A stretch of DNA of 64,000 nt from an uncultured Gemmatimonadales bacterium. Lineage in GTDB: Bacteria; Gemmatimonadota; Gemmatimonadetes; Longimicrobiales; Longimicrobiaceae. The stretch spans positions 7,296,001-7,360,000 of the forward strand of contig OY970303.1 of the NCBI GenBank assembly GCA_963716255.1, read 5' to 3'. Both the position numbers and the translations under genes were made by a program. Positions within the stretch are counted from its first letter, which is position 1, and each line of letters opens with the position of its first letter. Under the pieces are notes generated by a model, which had not been told where the DNA came from, did not search any database, and worked only from the letters and a program-made list of their open reading frames with translations. Below are positions 26,957-36,076 of the stretch, piece by piece.

Positions 26957-29362
26957 ATGACTGCGACCACTTCGGGGGACTCGCACACACCCGGCGCGGG
27001 CGCCGTCGAGCACATCGGGCGTGAGGACGAATGGCTGTGGGGCTGGGACCCCACGCCCGGCATCGTGTCCGTGTGGGCCGAGCCGGACGGCCGCGCCCTG
27101 GTGTGGCGCCGGATCCCGGACACCGGCGCCCTCGTCCGCGAGGAGGAGCGATTCCGCCCCTGGCTCCTCCTGGACCGCCTGGACGACCTCCGGCACCTGG
27201 GCGAGCGGCTGGGCCCCGAGGGCGCCCCCGGCGCCGACGTCGGCTTCCGCGAGCTGGAGGGCCCCGGCGCGCTCCGCTTTCTCGTCACCGCGGCGGACGG
27301 GCGAGCTCTGGCGTCCGCGGTGCTCAGGGGCGCGGCGCGCCGCCTGGACCGCCGCGTGGGCCACCTGCGCGACCTGGGCACCGAGGGCGTGCTCGCGCTC
27401 CCCCCCGAGGAGCAGTACCTGGTGGCGACCGGGCGCACGTACTTCCGCGACCTCGCCTTCGACCAGCTGCACCGCCTCCAGTTCGACCTGGAGACCACGG
27501 GGCTGGACGCCACCCGCGACCGCATGTTCATGGCGGCCGTGCGCGACCCCTCGGGCGCGGCGCACGTTCTGGAGGCGCGCGGCACCGGCGACGCCGCCGA
27601 GATCGATCTGATCCGCCGGCTCGTCGCGGCCATCCGGGCCGCCGACCCGGACGTCATCGAGAACCACAACCTGCTCGGCTTCGACCTCCCCTTCCTCGCC
27701 GAGCGCGCCCGCCGCCTGGGCGTCCCCCTCCCGCTGGGGCGCCTGGGAGAGCTGGGGCTGCGCGAGCGCGCCGCCCGCCGCGGCATGGCGCGCGGCGACG
27801 ACGGCGGCGGCCGGGTGCGGCTGGTGGCGCCGGGGCGCGAGCTGATCGACACGCTGGACGCCGTGATCCGATACGACTTCTCGGTGCGCGAGCTGCCGGG
27901 CCACGGGCTCAAGGTCGTGGCCCGGCACTTCGGGGTGGCGGCGCCGGACCGCGAGTACGTCCCCGGGAGGGACGTGTACGCCGTCTACCGGCGCGACCCG
28001 GAGCGCGTGCGCCGCTACGCCACCGACGACGTGGAGGAGGTCGCCGCGCTCGCCCGCCTGCTGGGCGGCGCGGCGTTCGCGCTGGCGCGCATGGCTCCGC
28101 GGCGCTACGAGCGGCTCGCCGACGCCGGCCCGGCCACGGGCGTCATCGACCCGCTGCTGGTGCGGGCCTACCTGCGCGCGGGCGCCGCCCTCCCCGCGCA
28201 CCGCCCCGGCGACGGGACGCCACACGCGGGCGCGGCGCTCCACCTGTTCGCCACCGGCGTGGCGTGGCGCGTGGTCAAGGCGGACGTGGCGAGCCTGTAC
28301 CCCTCGCTGATGCGCGCCTTCCGCATCGGCCCGGAGCGCGACCACCTGGGCGCGCTCCTCGCGCTGGTGGACCGGCTGGTGGAGCAGCGGCTCGCCGCAA
28401 AGGCGCGTGCGCGGGCGGCGGCTCCCGGCTCCGCCGAGCGCCACACGCACGAGGCCATGTCCGCGGCCATCAAGATCGTGGTCAACTCGGCGTACGGGTA
28501 CCTGGCGGCCGGCGGCGACCTGACGCGCTTCGCCGACGTGCACGCCGCCAACGAGGTGACGCGCCGCGGCCGGGACACGCTGGCGCTCCTCTGCCGCGAG
28601 CTCGCCGCGCGGGGCGTGACGCTGCTGGAGGCGGACACCGACGGCGTGTACTTCGCCGTGCCGGAAGGGTGGGGCGAGGCGGATGAGCGCCGCGTCGTGG
28701 CGGAGGTCGCCGCGCTCCTGCCGCCGCTGGTGCACCTGGAGTTCGAGGGGCGCTACGCCGCCATGCTGTCGCACGAGCCCAAGAACTACGCCCTGCTCGG
28801 CTACGACGGCACGCTCACCCTGCGCGGCGTGGCCTTCCGCTCCAGCCGCGCGGAACCGTTCGGCGAGGCGTTCCTGCGCGAGGCGCTGCTGCGGCTGTTC
28901 GCGGGCGACGTGGGCGGGGTGCGCGAGGCGTACCTCGCCATGGTGGGCAGGCTCCGCCGCCGCGAGCTGCCCACCTACGACGTCTCCTCCCGTGCCCGGC
29001 TGACCAAATCGCCCGACCGGTACGCCGAGTCGCGAGGCAAGCGCCGCGAGCACGTGTACGAGGCGCTGCTCGCGGGCGGGCGCACGTCGTGGCGCGCCGG
29101 CGAGCGGGTGCGTGTGTACCGCACGCAGGGCGGCGGGGCCGCCGTCGTGGCGGACGCGGCGGACGGGGCCGCGCCCCCCGACCCGCGGGACTACGACGTG
29201 GAGCACTACGAGCACGTGCTGCGCGACAACTTCGCCGCGCGCCTGGCCCGGGCGCTCGCGCCCGGCGACTTCGCCGCGGTCTTCGCGGACCCGGACCAGC
29301 TCTCGCTCTTCGCGCCGCCCACCGCCGCGATGCGGCCGGTGCTGGACGTGCGCGCGGTGTGA
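26957..29362 (+). CDS. polB: Family B DNA polymerase with 3'-5' exonuclease domain
   Basis: ExoI FDLETT, ExoII HNLLGFDLPF, ExoIII YATDD. Polymerase motifs A DVASLYPS, B KIVVNSAYGY, C ADTDG. Confidence 0.92.
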   Translation: MTATTSGDSHTPGAGAVEHIGREDEWLWGWDPTPGIVSVWAEPDGRALVWRRIPDTGALVREEERFRPWLLLDRLDDLRHLGERLGPEGAPGADVGFRELEGPGALRFLVTAADGRALASAVLRGAARRLDRRVGHLRDLGTEGVLALPPEEQYLVATGRTYFRDLAFDQLHRLQFDLETTGLDATRDRMFMAAVRDPSGAAHVLEARGTGDAAEIDLIRRLVAAIRAADPDVIENHNLLGFDLPFLAERARRLGVPLPLGRLGELGLRERAARRGMARGDDGGGRVRLVAPGRELIDTLDAVIRYDFSVRELPGHGLKVVARHFGVAAPDREYVPGRDVYAVYRRDPERVRRYATDDVEEVAALARLLGGAAFALARMAPRRYERLADAGPATGVIDPLLVRAYLRAGAALPAHRPGDGTPHAGAALHLFATGVAWRVVKADVASLYPSLMRAFRIGPERDHLGALLALVDRLVEQRLAAKARARAAAPGSAERHTHEAMSAAIKIVVNSAYGYLAAGGDLTRFADVHAANEVTRRGRDTLALLCRELAARGVTLLEADTDGVYFAVPEGWGEADERRVVAEVAALLPPLVHLEFEGRYAAMLSHEPKNYALLGYDGTLTLRGVAFRSSRAEPFGEAFLREALLRLFAGDVGGVREAYLAMVGRLRRRELPTYDVSSRARLTKSPDRYAESRGKRREHVYEALLAGGRTSWRAGERVRVYRTQGGGAAVVADAADGAAPPDPRDYDVEHYEHVLRDNFAARLARALAPGDFAAVFADPDQLSLFAPPTAAMRPVLDVRAV

Positions 29363-29563
29363 GCTGGCGGTACGGGCGCCGGCTCGCCTGCATCCGGCGG
29401 CCAGCGTCCAAGCGCGTGATTGCCGGGGATGCCGGCCGGGGCGCGGCCGCAGCGCGCCGAAGAGGCCAGGAGGCTCCTTTTTCGGTGAATTTCCTCCAGT
29501 CCATGATTGCCGAAGGGCCTCGCGAGCGGGTCCTGGCCGGGTCTTTGTTCGCTGTTCCGGCGT

Positions 29564-29609
29564 GGTTGATAGCGAGGTGGATGAGCGGTTGAAGGCTCCC
29601 TCCTACCAT
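29564..29609 (+). promoter_or_regulatory. Putative SARP-type activated promoter (box-N16-box-N10-[-10])
   Basis: GGTTGAT AGCGAGGTGGATGAGC GGTTGAA GGCTCCCTCC TACCAT. Same layout at 32743-32788 (-) and 36031-36076 (-). Confidence 0.75.
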
Positions 29610-29685
29610 TGCACCACGCGGCAAGGCTTCGCGCCGGAGATGCCGGGCGCCCCCGCGTGTTCATACACATTGGAGGAGGTGCACC

Positions 29686-30276
29686 ATGACGGACATGCTG
29701 GAAGACAAGGTCGAGCCCCGACCCATTTCCCCCTGGCTCGCCAAGCGCATCGCCGAGGCCGCCCTGAGCCTCGCAGCCAAGGGAGACCGCTACGTAGTCG
29801 CATCCTACGAGCGCGATCCGGCGACCAAGCAGTACTTCGTGGAAGGCTTTCCCACACGCGCGGACGCGGAGGTTTACGTTCTCGGACACCCCGAACTCGA
29901 CCTGGGCATCTTCGGCCCGTACGAACCGGAGAACGGAATGGTCCAGAAGGTGCCGAGCGTGGTGAGCGTGATCCCGAAACAGGTAACCCGGGTGCTCGTG
30001 ACCCTCGACGGGGGTGTGGCCGAACCGATCGACGGCCTCGTGTACGACGCGATCTTCTGGGGTTACCCCGCGATCCAGAAGTTCGTGCTGCCCTACTACA
30101 CGGCGTCCCAGGGACTGGAGTTCGCCAACTTCCTCGACGCGGAGTACAAGCAGCCGGGGACCTACCTCCTCGCGCACTCCGACGACACCGAATACAAGAT
30201 CTACAAGCTGGTGGAGACGCCAGCCAGCGAGAAGCTCGTCAACGAATGGGCATACCAGCTCCGACCCATTCGCTGA
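29686..30276 (+). CDS. Hypothetical protein, paralogue of 35344-35952
   Basis: Strong RBS GGAGGAGG. Shares FGPYE, DAIFW, KFVLPYYT and LAHSDDTEY with its paralogue. Confidence 0.9.
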   Translation: MTDMLEDKVEPRPISPWLAKRIAEAALSLAAKGDRYVVASYERDPATKQYFVEGFPTRADAEVYVLGHPELDLGIFGPYEPENGMVQKVPSVVSVIPKQVTRVLVTLDGGVAEPIDGLVYDAIFWGYPAIQKFVLPYYTASQGLEFANFLDAEYKQPGTYLLAHSDDTEYKIYKLVETPASEKLVNEWAYQLRPIR

Positions 30277-30354
30277 CTGCCGGCTCAGCCGGGTGACGTC
30301 GAAGGCGTACCGCCGTGCAGCCTGCTGCACGGCGGTACGCGAGGAGCGGTCCGT

Positions 30355-30810
30355 CTACTGGCCGGACCCCGTTCCCGCGGCGGCAGTGTCGCCGCGGGTG
30401 GCGGGTGTCTTCGCTGGCGCGGTAGGACGCGGGATGGGCAGGACGGGCCAGCGGGGGAGCGTATCCCTGCCGGCGAGCACCGCGGCGAAGGGGGAGCCGT
30501 CGTCGAGCGTCAGCAGCCCGAAACCGCGTAGAAGCTCCAGCGAAGTGCGACGTCCATCCGGGTCTTCCACCGCCATTGCCTGCTGCAGAACCTGCACGCG
30601 GTACTTGAACATCTCCAGCTCCCGCTTCTGGTCGGCATCCGGCTTGGTGATCCAAAAGAAGGTCAACAAGGTCAGGAAGGTGTTGACCGCCCCCGCGGCC
30701 AGGCCGGTGATCCCACCGGCCTTCAGGAAGGAGCGGGTCGGCACCTCGACCTCTCCGGCGACGGCGTCGGCGGATTCCTGGCCGCGGGCGGTGTGGAACT
30801 TGAAGTGCAT
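30355..30810 (-). CDS. Hypothetical single-pass membrane protein
   Basis: One hydrophobic stretch (GGITGLAAGAVNTFLTLLTFFWI) followed by a helical segment. Last gene of the minus-strand run. Confidence 0.65.
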   Translation of the reverse strand: MHFKFHTARGQESADAVAGEVEVPTRSFLKAGGITGLAAGAVNTFLTLLTFFWITKPDADQKRELEMFKYRVQVLQQAMAVEDPDGRRTSLELLRGFGLLTLDDGSPFAAVLAGRDTLPRWPVLPIPRPTAPAKTPATRGDTAAAGTGSGQ

Positions 30811-30905
30811 GGTCGTGTCATGGGTTCGGTGTGACAGGCGGCCAGGCGCAACGGCCCGGGGCGTCCGTTGCCGGGGATGCCTCCGGAGCGCGCGCCGCGG
30901 TTCGC

Positions 30906-32075
30906 TCATTGGGTCGATCCGCCGATCCTGGGAGCCGTGGAGACGTTCCAGCGCAGGTTCGCGATCAGGAAGACCGGTGTCTCGTCCTCGCGGGTGTCCG
31001 CGAAGCGCTGCCCGAAACCCGTGGAGAGCCACAGGTCCTCCGCGGCCCTGAATTCGATCCCGGCGGACCAGCGGGTCCCCGGGTCGTCCCCGCCCGTGCT
31101 CTCCTCACTGCTCCATCCACGCAGCACCTCCGCGAATGCGTTTGCCTTCTCGGACCCCCAGATCCCTCGGGCGCCTGCGGAGACGATGCGCACCCGGTCG
31201 CCGTCGCCGGACGATCGGACCCGGTCCACCCGGAGCTGCCCCACCGCCTGTCCCGCCTTCCCCACCGGATACGCGCCGGATGCCCAGGCGCTGAACCCGC
31301 GGCTCCGGAACTCACCGATCACCGAGCGCTCGAAGGTGCCGCCCATGGCCAGGGCGACGGCGAGGCTGGGCCGGTTCCAGTTCTTCCGCAGCCATTCCTT
31401 CCGCCACTCCTCGAAGGCTGCCTGGACGCACGGGGCGCGCTCCGCCGCGCGCGGAGACTCCCGCACAGGGAGGGTGCGCACCGTGTCGGCGATCGCCACC
31501 CGGACCGTCGTGTCGCGGCCGCCGTCCCGCAGGACGACGACCTCGAGCGTATCGTGCACACCCAGGAAGGCGGTGTCGCCCGGCGTCGCTCGGCAGTGCC
31601 GGGTGCGGTCTCCGATCGCGCTCGTGAAGGAGCGGTTGGACATCGGATCGCTCTGGTCGAACAGGACCGTCCTCAACCCCACGGCGATGTCGGTGGAGGC
31701 GGAGTCGCCCGCCGAGCGCACGGTGCCGAGCGAGATCCCCGTGTTGACCGCGGCGTACACCCACCAGCGGTCCTGGTACCTTCTCAAGTCCGGCCGAAGT
31801 CCGGGGACCCACGGCCAGGGGACCACGTCCAGGGCGATCCCCTGCTGCACCCTGCCGATGGAATCCAGCCCGTTCGCGAGCGCGAAGGCCAGGTCGCGGG
31901 GTCGCGCCGGGCGCGCCACCTCCGCGGGCGAAGCGTCGAGGAAGGTGAACGCGGGCGACTCGGGAATGGAGAATCCCCACACGTTCCTGTCCTGAGCGGC
32001 GCCGGGCCCGGCGGCGGCGAATGCCAGGAGGACGAGGGCGGGCCCTCGCGCGGATCGGATCGTCGGGAGGCTCAT
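30906..32075 (-). CDS. Hypothetical exported protein, probable outer-membrane beta-barrel
   Basis: Signal-peptide-like N-terminus (LVLLAFAAAGPGAAQ), IPESPAFTFL motif, alternating amphipathic strands with aromatic residues at the C-terminus. ATGA overlap with the upstream gene. Confidence 0.75.
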   Translation of the reverse strand: MSLPTIRSARGPALVLLAFAAAGPGAAQDRNVWGFSIPESPAFTFLDASPAEVARPARPRDLAFALANGLDSIGRVQQGIALDVVPWPWVPGLRPDLRRYQDRWWVYAAVNTGISLGTVRSAGDSASTDIAVGLRTVLFDQSDPMSNRSFTSAIGDRTRHCRATPGDTAFLGVHDTLEVVVLRDGGRDTTVRVAIADTVRTLPVRESPRAAERAPCVQAAFEEWRKEWLRKNWNRPSLAVALAMGGTFERSVIGEFRSRGFSAWASGAYPVGKAGQAVGQLRVDRVRSSGDGDRVRIVSAGARGIWGSEKANAFAEVLRGWSSEESTGGDDPGTRWSAGIEFRAAEDLWLSTGFGQRFADTREDETPVFLIANLRWNVSTAPRIGGSTQ

Positions 32076-32668
32076 ACGACGATCACCTCCACGTCCTTGG
32101 CCCCGGTCCCGCTGCCGGTCACTTTGACGCGGGTGGGTTCGGGGCCGTCAATCTGGACGAAGTCCACCGTGCCGCGAAAAGGCGTGCCGGAGTTGCTGAA
32201 GAAGTCCAGTCCGACGCGGACCCGGCTGTTCACCGGCAGCCCTTCGATGAAGTATTCGTGGGGAGTGCCGCTTCCCTCGTCTATCTTGGCGGGGGGCTCC
32301 CCCGGCGGGGTGGCCACCACGAAGTGCTCCACCTGGTGCGGTGACGTGCAGTCGATCTCGATCACCAGGGGGAGCGAGGGATCGTAAGGGACCTGTTTCA
32401 TGTTGTCGTTTCCTTCGGCTCCTTCGGCAGCAGGTGAGACTCCCGCCAGCGAGAGCCGGTAGATGCCCGCGGGGGTCCGCTTCCCCGTGGCGGTGTCCTC
32501 GGCGGTGACGTCCCCGACTCGCCGGTCGCCGGGCCTGCGGGGGAGCAGGATGACGTGTCCGTCGTGCCGGTGGGGCAGGGCCGAGTGGTGGGTCGCGACC
32601 CCCGACGCGTGCCAGTGGTCGGGGTCCCGTGTGTTCTCGTCCAGTACGAGGGCAAAGCGAACTTCCAT
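32072..32668 (-). CDS. Hypothetical protein (His-rich N-terminal part, beta-rich C-terminal domain)
   Basis: AGGAGG RBS before ATG at 32668. A possible second start at 32401 is preceded by AAGGAG/AAGGA. Confidence 0.7.
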   Translation of the reverse strand: MEVRFALVLDENTRDPDHWHASGVATHHSALPHRHDGHVILLPRRPGDRRVGDVTAEDTATGKRTPAGIYRLSLAGVSPAAEGAEGNDNMKQVPYDPSLPLVIEIDCTSPHQVEHFVVATPPGEPPAKIDEGSGTPHEYFIEGLPVNSRVRVGLDFFSNSGTPFRGTVDFVQIDGPEPTRVKVTGSGTGAKDVEVIVV

Positions 32669-32742
32669 GGCGGACCTCCTGCGGTTGGGTGGGGAGCGTG
32701 GTCCGGAGCGCGGCACCTTGCTTCGCTCCACGGACGCAGCGT

Positions 32743-32799
32743 ACTATGCGGATCGGATCTCAACTCGCCTTCCCGCCGGCTCTCAACTTTTTCCCAACC
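32743..32799 (-). promoter_or_regulatory. Putative SARP-type activated promoter, overlapping the regulator's own 5' region
   Basis: On the - strand: GGTTGGG AAAA AGTTGAG AGCCGGCGGGAAGGCG AGTTGAG ATCCGATCCG CATAGT. Confidence 0.7.
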
Positions 32800-32806
32800 G
32801 GTTAAC

Positions 32807-35347
32807 GTGTTCTCGCTGAAGGTTTTAGGAGGCGCGTTGCTGGAGGGGGCGAACGGTCCCGTGCGTGGCCGGGCCGCTCATCGGCGGCGGATCGCGCTGC
32901 TCGCCCTGCTCGCCTCCTCTCGCGGGCGTCCGGTGGCGCGCGAGCGGCTTATCGGGCTGCTGTGGCCCGAGCATCCGGGGGATGCCGCGCGCCACCTTCT
33001 TTCCGAGTCGCTGTACGTGCTCCGGAAGGCACTCGGTGACAAGGCGTTCGTGGCAGTGGGAGACGAAGTGGCGCTCGACCCGCGGGTGGTGGGGAGCGAC
33101 GCAGGCGAGTTCGAGGCGGCGGTGGACGCGGGAGATCCGGCGCGCGCGGTGGGACTATACCGCGGGCCGTTCCTGGACGGATTTTATCTGTCGGACGCGG
33201 ACGAATTCGAGCGCTGGGTGGAGGGCGAGCGGAGCCGCCTCGCCCGGGTGTACGCGCAGGCGCTGGAACGGCTCGCGGAGGCAGCGGAGGAGGGGTACGA
33301 ATTCCTGGAGGCGGCTGGCTGGTGGCGGCGGCTCATCGCGCACGACCCGTATAGCTCGCGCGTAGTGCTGCGCCTGATGCGGGCGCTCGAGTCCGGCGGC
33401 GAGCACGCAGCCGCTCTCTTCGCGGCCACGGAGCACGTGGAGTTTCTGCGCGAGGATCTTGGAGCGCAGCCGGATCCCGCGGTTCCAGCTTACGCCGAGC
33501 GGCTGCGAACGGCGCCTGCGCACGGCAGCATCCCGCTGCTCCCCGAGCTGCCGGCTCCCGCCCTCCCGGCTCCCGCACTCCCAGAGCGCGGGCCTGTTCC
33601 CGAATCGGAGGGCGGGGGCAGTCCGCCGCCGGTCCCCCCTCCGGCTCCGGTCGTGCCGGACGCCGCCCGTGGGCTGCCCGCGCGAGCCCGGCGCCTGGGC
33701 GTGCGCATTGGGGCCGCCGGTCTCCTGGGACTCGCGGCAACGCTGGCGGGGGTGGGTATCATGGCATTGCAGAGCAAGCCTCAGTCCGTTTCCGCGGCTC
33801 CAGGGCAGGACTTGGATCCGCACCACATCGCGGTCCTGTACTTCGAGGATAACACCCCGGGCGACACTCTCAGGCACATCGCAAACGACCTCACGGCCAG
33901 GATCATCGACGACCTCGCGCAGGTATCGTCTCTGCGCGTGGTTTCCATCAACGGTGTGCGTCCTTTCCGCGATACCGCCCTGCCGCTCGACAGCATCGCT
34001 CGGGCCCTCGGGGTGGGTACGGTGGTAGCGGGAGACGTACAGGGCTCCGGCGACCGGATCCGGGTGGTTGTTCGTCTCCTGGACCCGGTGAACGGCAGAC
34101 AGCTCGCGAGCCGCCCGGTGGTGCGCAAGGTCGGCGACCTCCTGGCGCTGGAGGACGAGGTGGTTCGCCAAGTCGCCGATTTCCTGCGGCCGCTGCTCGG
34201 ACGCGAGATCCGCCTGCGGGAAAGGTCTGCGGGAACGCGCAGCGCCGAAGCGAGGGAGCTTCTCCTGCGTGGGCAGCAGAGGTGGGAGGACGCTACCGGG
34301 CTGGCGACCGGGCCGAATCCGTTGAACCTGGACGCGGTTCGAGGCATGCTCGGGAGTGCCGATTCGCTCCTTGCCGAGGCGGCCAGAAGGGACCGGCGCT
34401 GGGGGGAGCCGCTGATCATGCGGGGCTGGGTGGCGCTGTCGTCGTACGACGTCACGCCCACCGGCGATCGTCCGGCTCTGTTCGTGGAAGCGGTGGAGCT
34501 GGCGGACCGCGCGCTCGCCCGCGAGCCGGAAAATGCCGCTGCGCTGGAGCTTCGCGGCACCGCGCGCTGGCGAATGGTCCAACTGGGGGCCGTGCCCGCC
34601 GGCGCCACGGAAAAGGCGCTTTCCGCGGCCGCAGAGGCGGATCTCAACGCCGCGCTCGCTCGCGATCCTTCGCTCGCGCATGCATGGGCCACGCTCAGCC
34701 AGCTCCTGCGGGTCCAGGAAGGTCGCCTTGCCGATGCCGACCAGGCCGCGAGACACGCGCTGGAGTCGGACGAATTCCTGGCAGACGCCCCGCTGATCAT
34801 GGAGCGTCTGTATCGCTCGTCGGTCCAGCTCGCGCGCTTCGACTCGGCGAGCGCGTGGTGCGACCGGGGCCGCCGCCGCTTTCCCAACGATTGGGCTTTC
34901 GTCGAGTGCCGGCTGACGCTGCTGGGGTACGAGGGATCCCGCCCCGACGTGCAGCTCGCGTGGGGGCTGGTCCGCGAGCTGGAACAGATGGACCCGCCCG
35001 ACGCCGCCCGACGCAAGGGCCGCGACTACACGCCCGTCTTCCGCCGCATGCTGGTCGCGCGTGTGGCGGCGCGCGCCGGGCTCGCGGACAGCGCCCGCGC
35101 GCTGGTCATGGCGGCGCGGGCACAGGTGCAGGGCGATCCGGTGCTGGAAAGCTCGCAGGCGGCCGACGAGGCGTACGTGCGTCTGCTCCTCGCGGAGCCG
35201 GACTCCGCGGTCGTCCTCCTCGAGCGCCACCTGGCAGTGCAGCCGCGCCTGCGCGCCCAGGTGGCCCGCAACGTCAAGTTCCGGTCGCTCCACTCCGATC
35301 CGCGGTTCCGGCGCCTCGTCGCCGGGGCGCCGGCGCGAGAGCGCTAG
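32807..35347 (+). CDS. Membrane-spanning SARP-family regulator: wHTH-BTAD, Pro-rich linker, TM helix, TolB-N/FlgO-like domain, TPRs
   Basis: LKVLGG...ALLALLA...RERLIGLLWPE...LYRGPFLDGF...FERWVEGER (wHTH/BTAD). TM at ~33695-33770. IAVLYFED...LRVVS...VAGDV (TolB-like). Helical repeats ending FRSLHSDPRFRRL. Confidence 0.9.
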   Translation: MFSLKVLGGALLEGANGPVRGRAAHRRRIALLALLASSRGRPVARERLIGLLWPEHPGDAARHLLSESLYVLRKALGDKAFVAVGDEVALDPRVVGSDAGEFEAAVDAGDPARAVGLYRGPFLDGFYLSDADEFERWVEGERSRLARVYAQALERLAEAAEEGYEFLEAAGWWRRLIAHDPYSSRVVLRLMRALESGGEHAAALFAATEHVEFLREDLGAQPDPAVPAYAERLRTAPAHGSIPLLPELPAPALPAPALPERGPVPESEGGGSPPPVPPPAPVVPDAARGLPARARRLGVRIGAAGLLGLAATLAGVGIMALQSKPQSVSAAPGQDLDPHHIAVLYFEDNTPGDTLRHIANDLTARIIDDLAQVSSLRVVSINGVRPFRDTALPLDSIARALGVGTVVAGDVQGSGDRIRVVVRLLDPVNGRQLASRPVVRKVGDLLALEDEVVRQVADFLRPLLGREIRLRERSAGTRSAEARELLLRGQQRWEDATGLATGPNPLNLDAVRGMLGSADSLLAEAARRDRRWGEPLIMRGWVALSSYDVTPTGDRPALFVEAVELADRALAREPENAAALELRGTARWRMVQLGAVPAGATEKALSAAAEADLNAALARDPSLAHAWATLSQLLRVQEGRLADADQAARHALESDEFLADAPLIMERLYRSSVQLARFDSASAWCDRGRRRFPNDWAFVECRLTLLGYEGSRPDVQLAWGLVRELEQMDPPDAARRKGRDYTPVFRRMLVARVAARAGLADSARALVMAARAQVQGDPVLESSQAADEAYVRLLLAEPDSAVVLLERHLAVQPRLRAQVARNVKFRSLHSDPRFRRLVAGAPARER

Positions 35348-35952
35348 TCGATCGGGGCGAGCGGCTGGACGATTCCGTCCGGGGTTCTCTTTGCCGCGTA
35401 GACGTTGTACTCCGTGTCGTCCGAGTGCGCGAGCATGTACACGGTGTTCCCGAACCAGTCCTTGTTCACCCGTGCCGCATAGTCCACTCCCGACGAGCTC
35501 GTGTAGTACGGGAGCACGAACTTCTCCACGGACGGAGACCTCCAGAAGATCGCATCGAACTGCTCCACGTCCACGTACAGCACCTGGCCGTCCGTCGTCT
35601 CGACCGTGATGCTCTTGATCCTGACCGGGGGCGGCTTCTTGGCGGCCGCCATCTCGGACGCGGTCAACTCGTACGGTCCGAAGACTCCGAAGCCGGAACG
35701 GCCTTTCAGGGCTTTTTCCGCTTTTTCTCTGGTCGGGTGTGGTCCGTCGGGGTGGTACCGCAGGGTCTTCGGGTCTCGCTCGATGCGGGACACCCACCAC
35801 TGCTCACCCTTTACCGGGTGGCCCAGGGCCGCTTCGGACAGGCGCCTGAGGAGCCGGGGAGACATCGCCGGTTGCGGGGGGCAGTCGTACTCCTTGCCGC
35901 CGCCGGCTGCCGTGGTCGGGGGTTGCTGGGCCTGGGTCTTCGGCCTGGGCAT
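35344..35952 (-). CDS. Hypothetical protein, paralogue of 29686-30276
   Basis: RBS AAAGGAG. Same conserved blocks as the paralogue. Stop overlaps the regulator's stop. Confidence 0.9.
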   Translation of the reverse strand: MPRPKTQAQQPPTTAAGGGKEYDCPPQPAMSPRLLRRLSEAALGHPVKGEQWWVSRIERDPKTLRYHPDGPHPTREKAEKALKGRSGFGVFGPYELTASEMAAAKKPPPVRIKSITVETTDGQVLYVDVEQFDAIFWRSPSVEKFVLPYYTSSSGVDYAARVNKDWFGNTVYMLAHSDDTEYNVYAAKRTPDGIVQPLAPID

Positions 35953-36030
35953 CGTGGTCTCCTTTGGGAGCGTGGACGCGGTGCGCGTCGCCGGCCGGCT
36001 CGTTCCAGCCGCAGCCGCACTCGCACCCCG

Positions 36031-36076
36031 ATCATACGGCGGCCGGTTCAACCTGATATCCGTCTCCCCATCAACC
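36031..36076 (-). promoter_or_regulatory. Putative SARP-type activated promoter (box-N16-box-N10-[-10])
   Basis: On the - strand: GGTTGAT GGGGAGACGGATATCA GGTTGAA CCGGCCGCCG TATGAT. Confidence 0.75.

Noticed and set aside
23752..36076. Prophage or pipolin around polB
   Set aside because: No integrase, structural or replication partner genes, and no att-like repeats seen.
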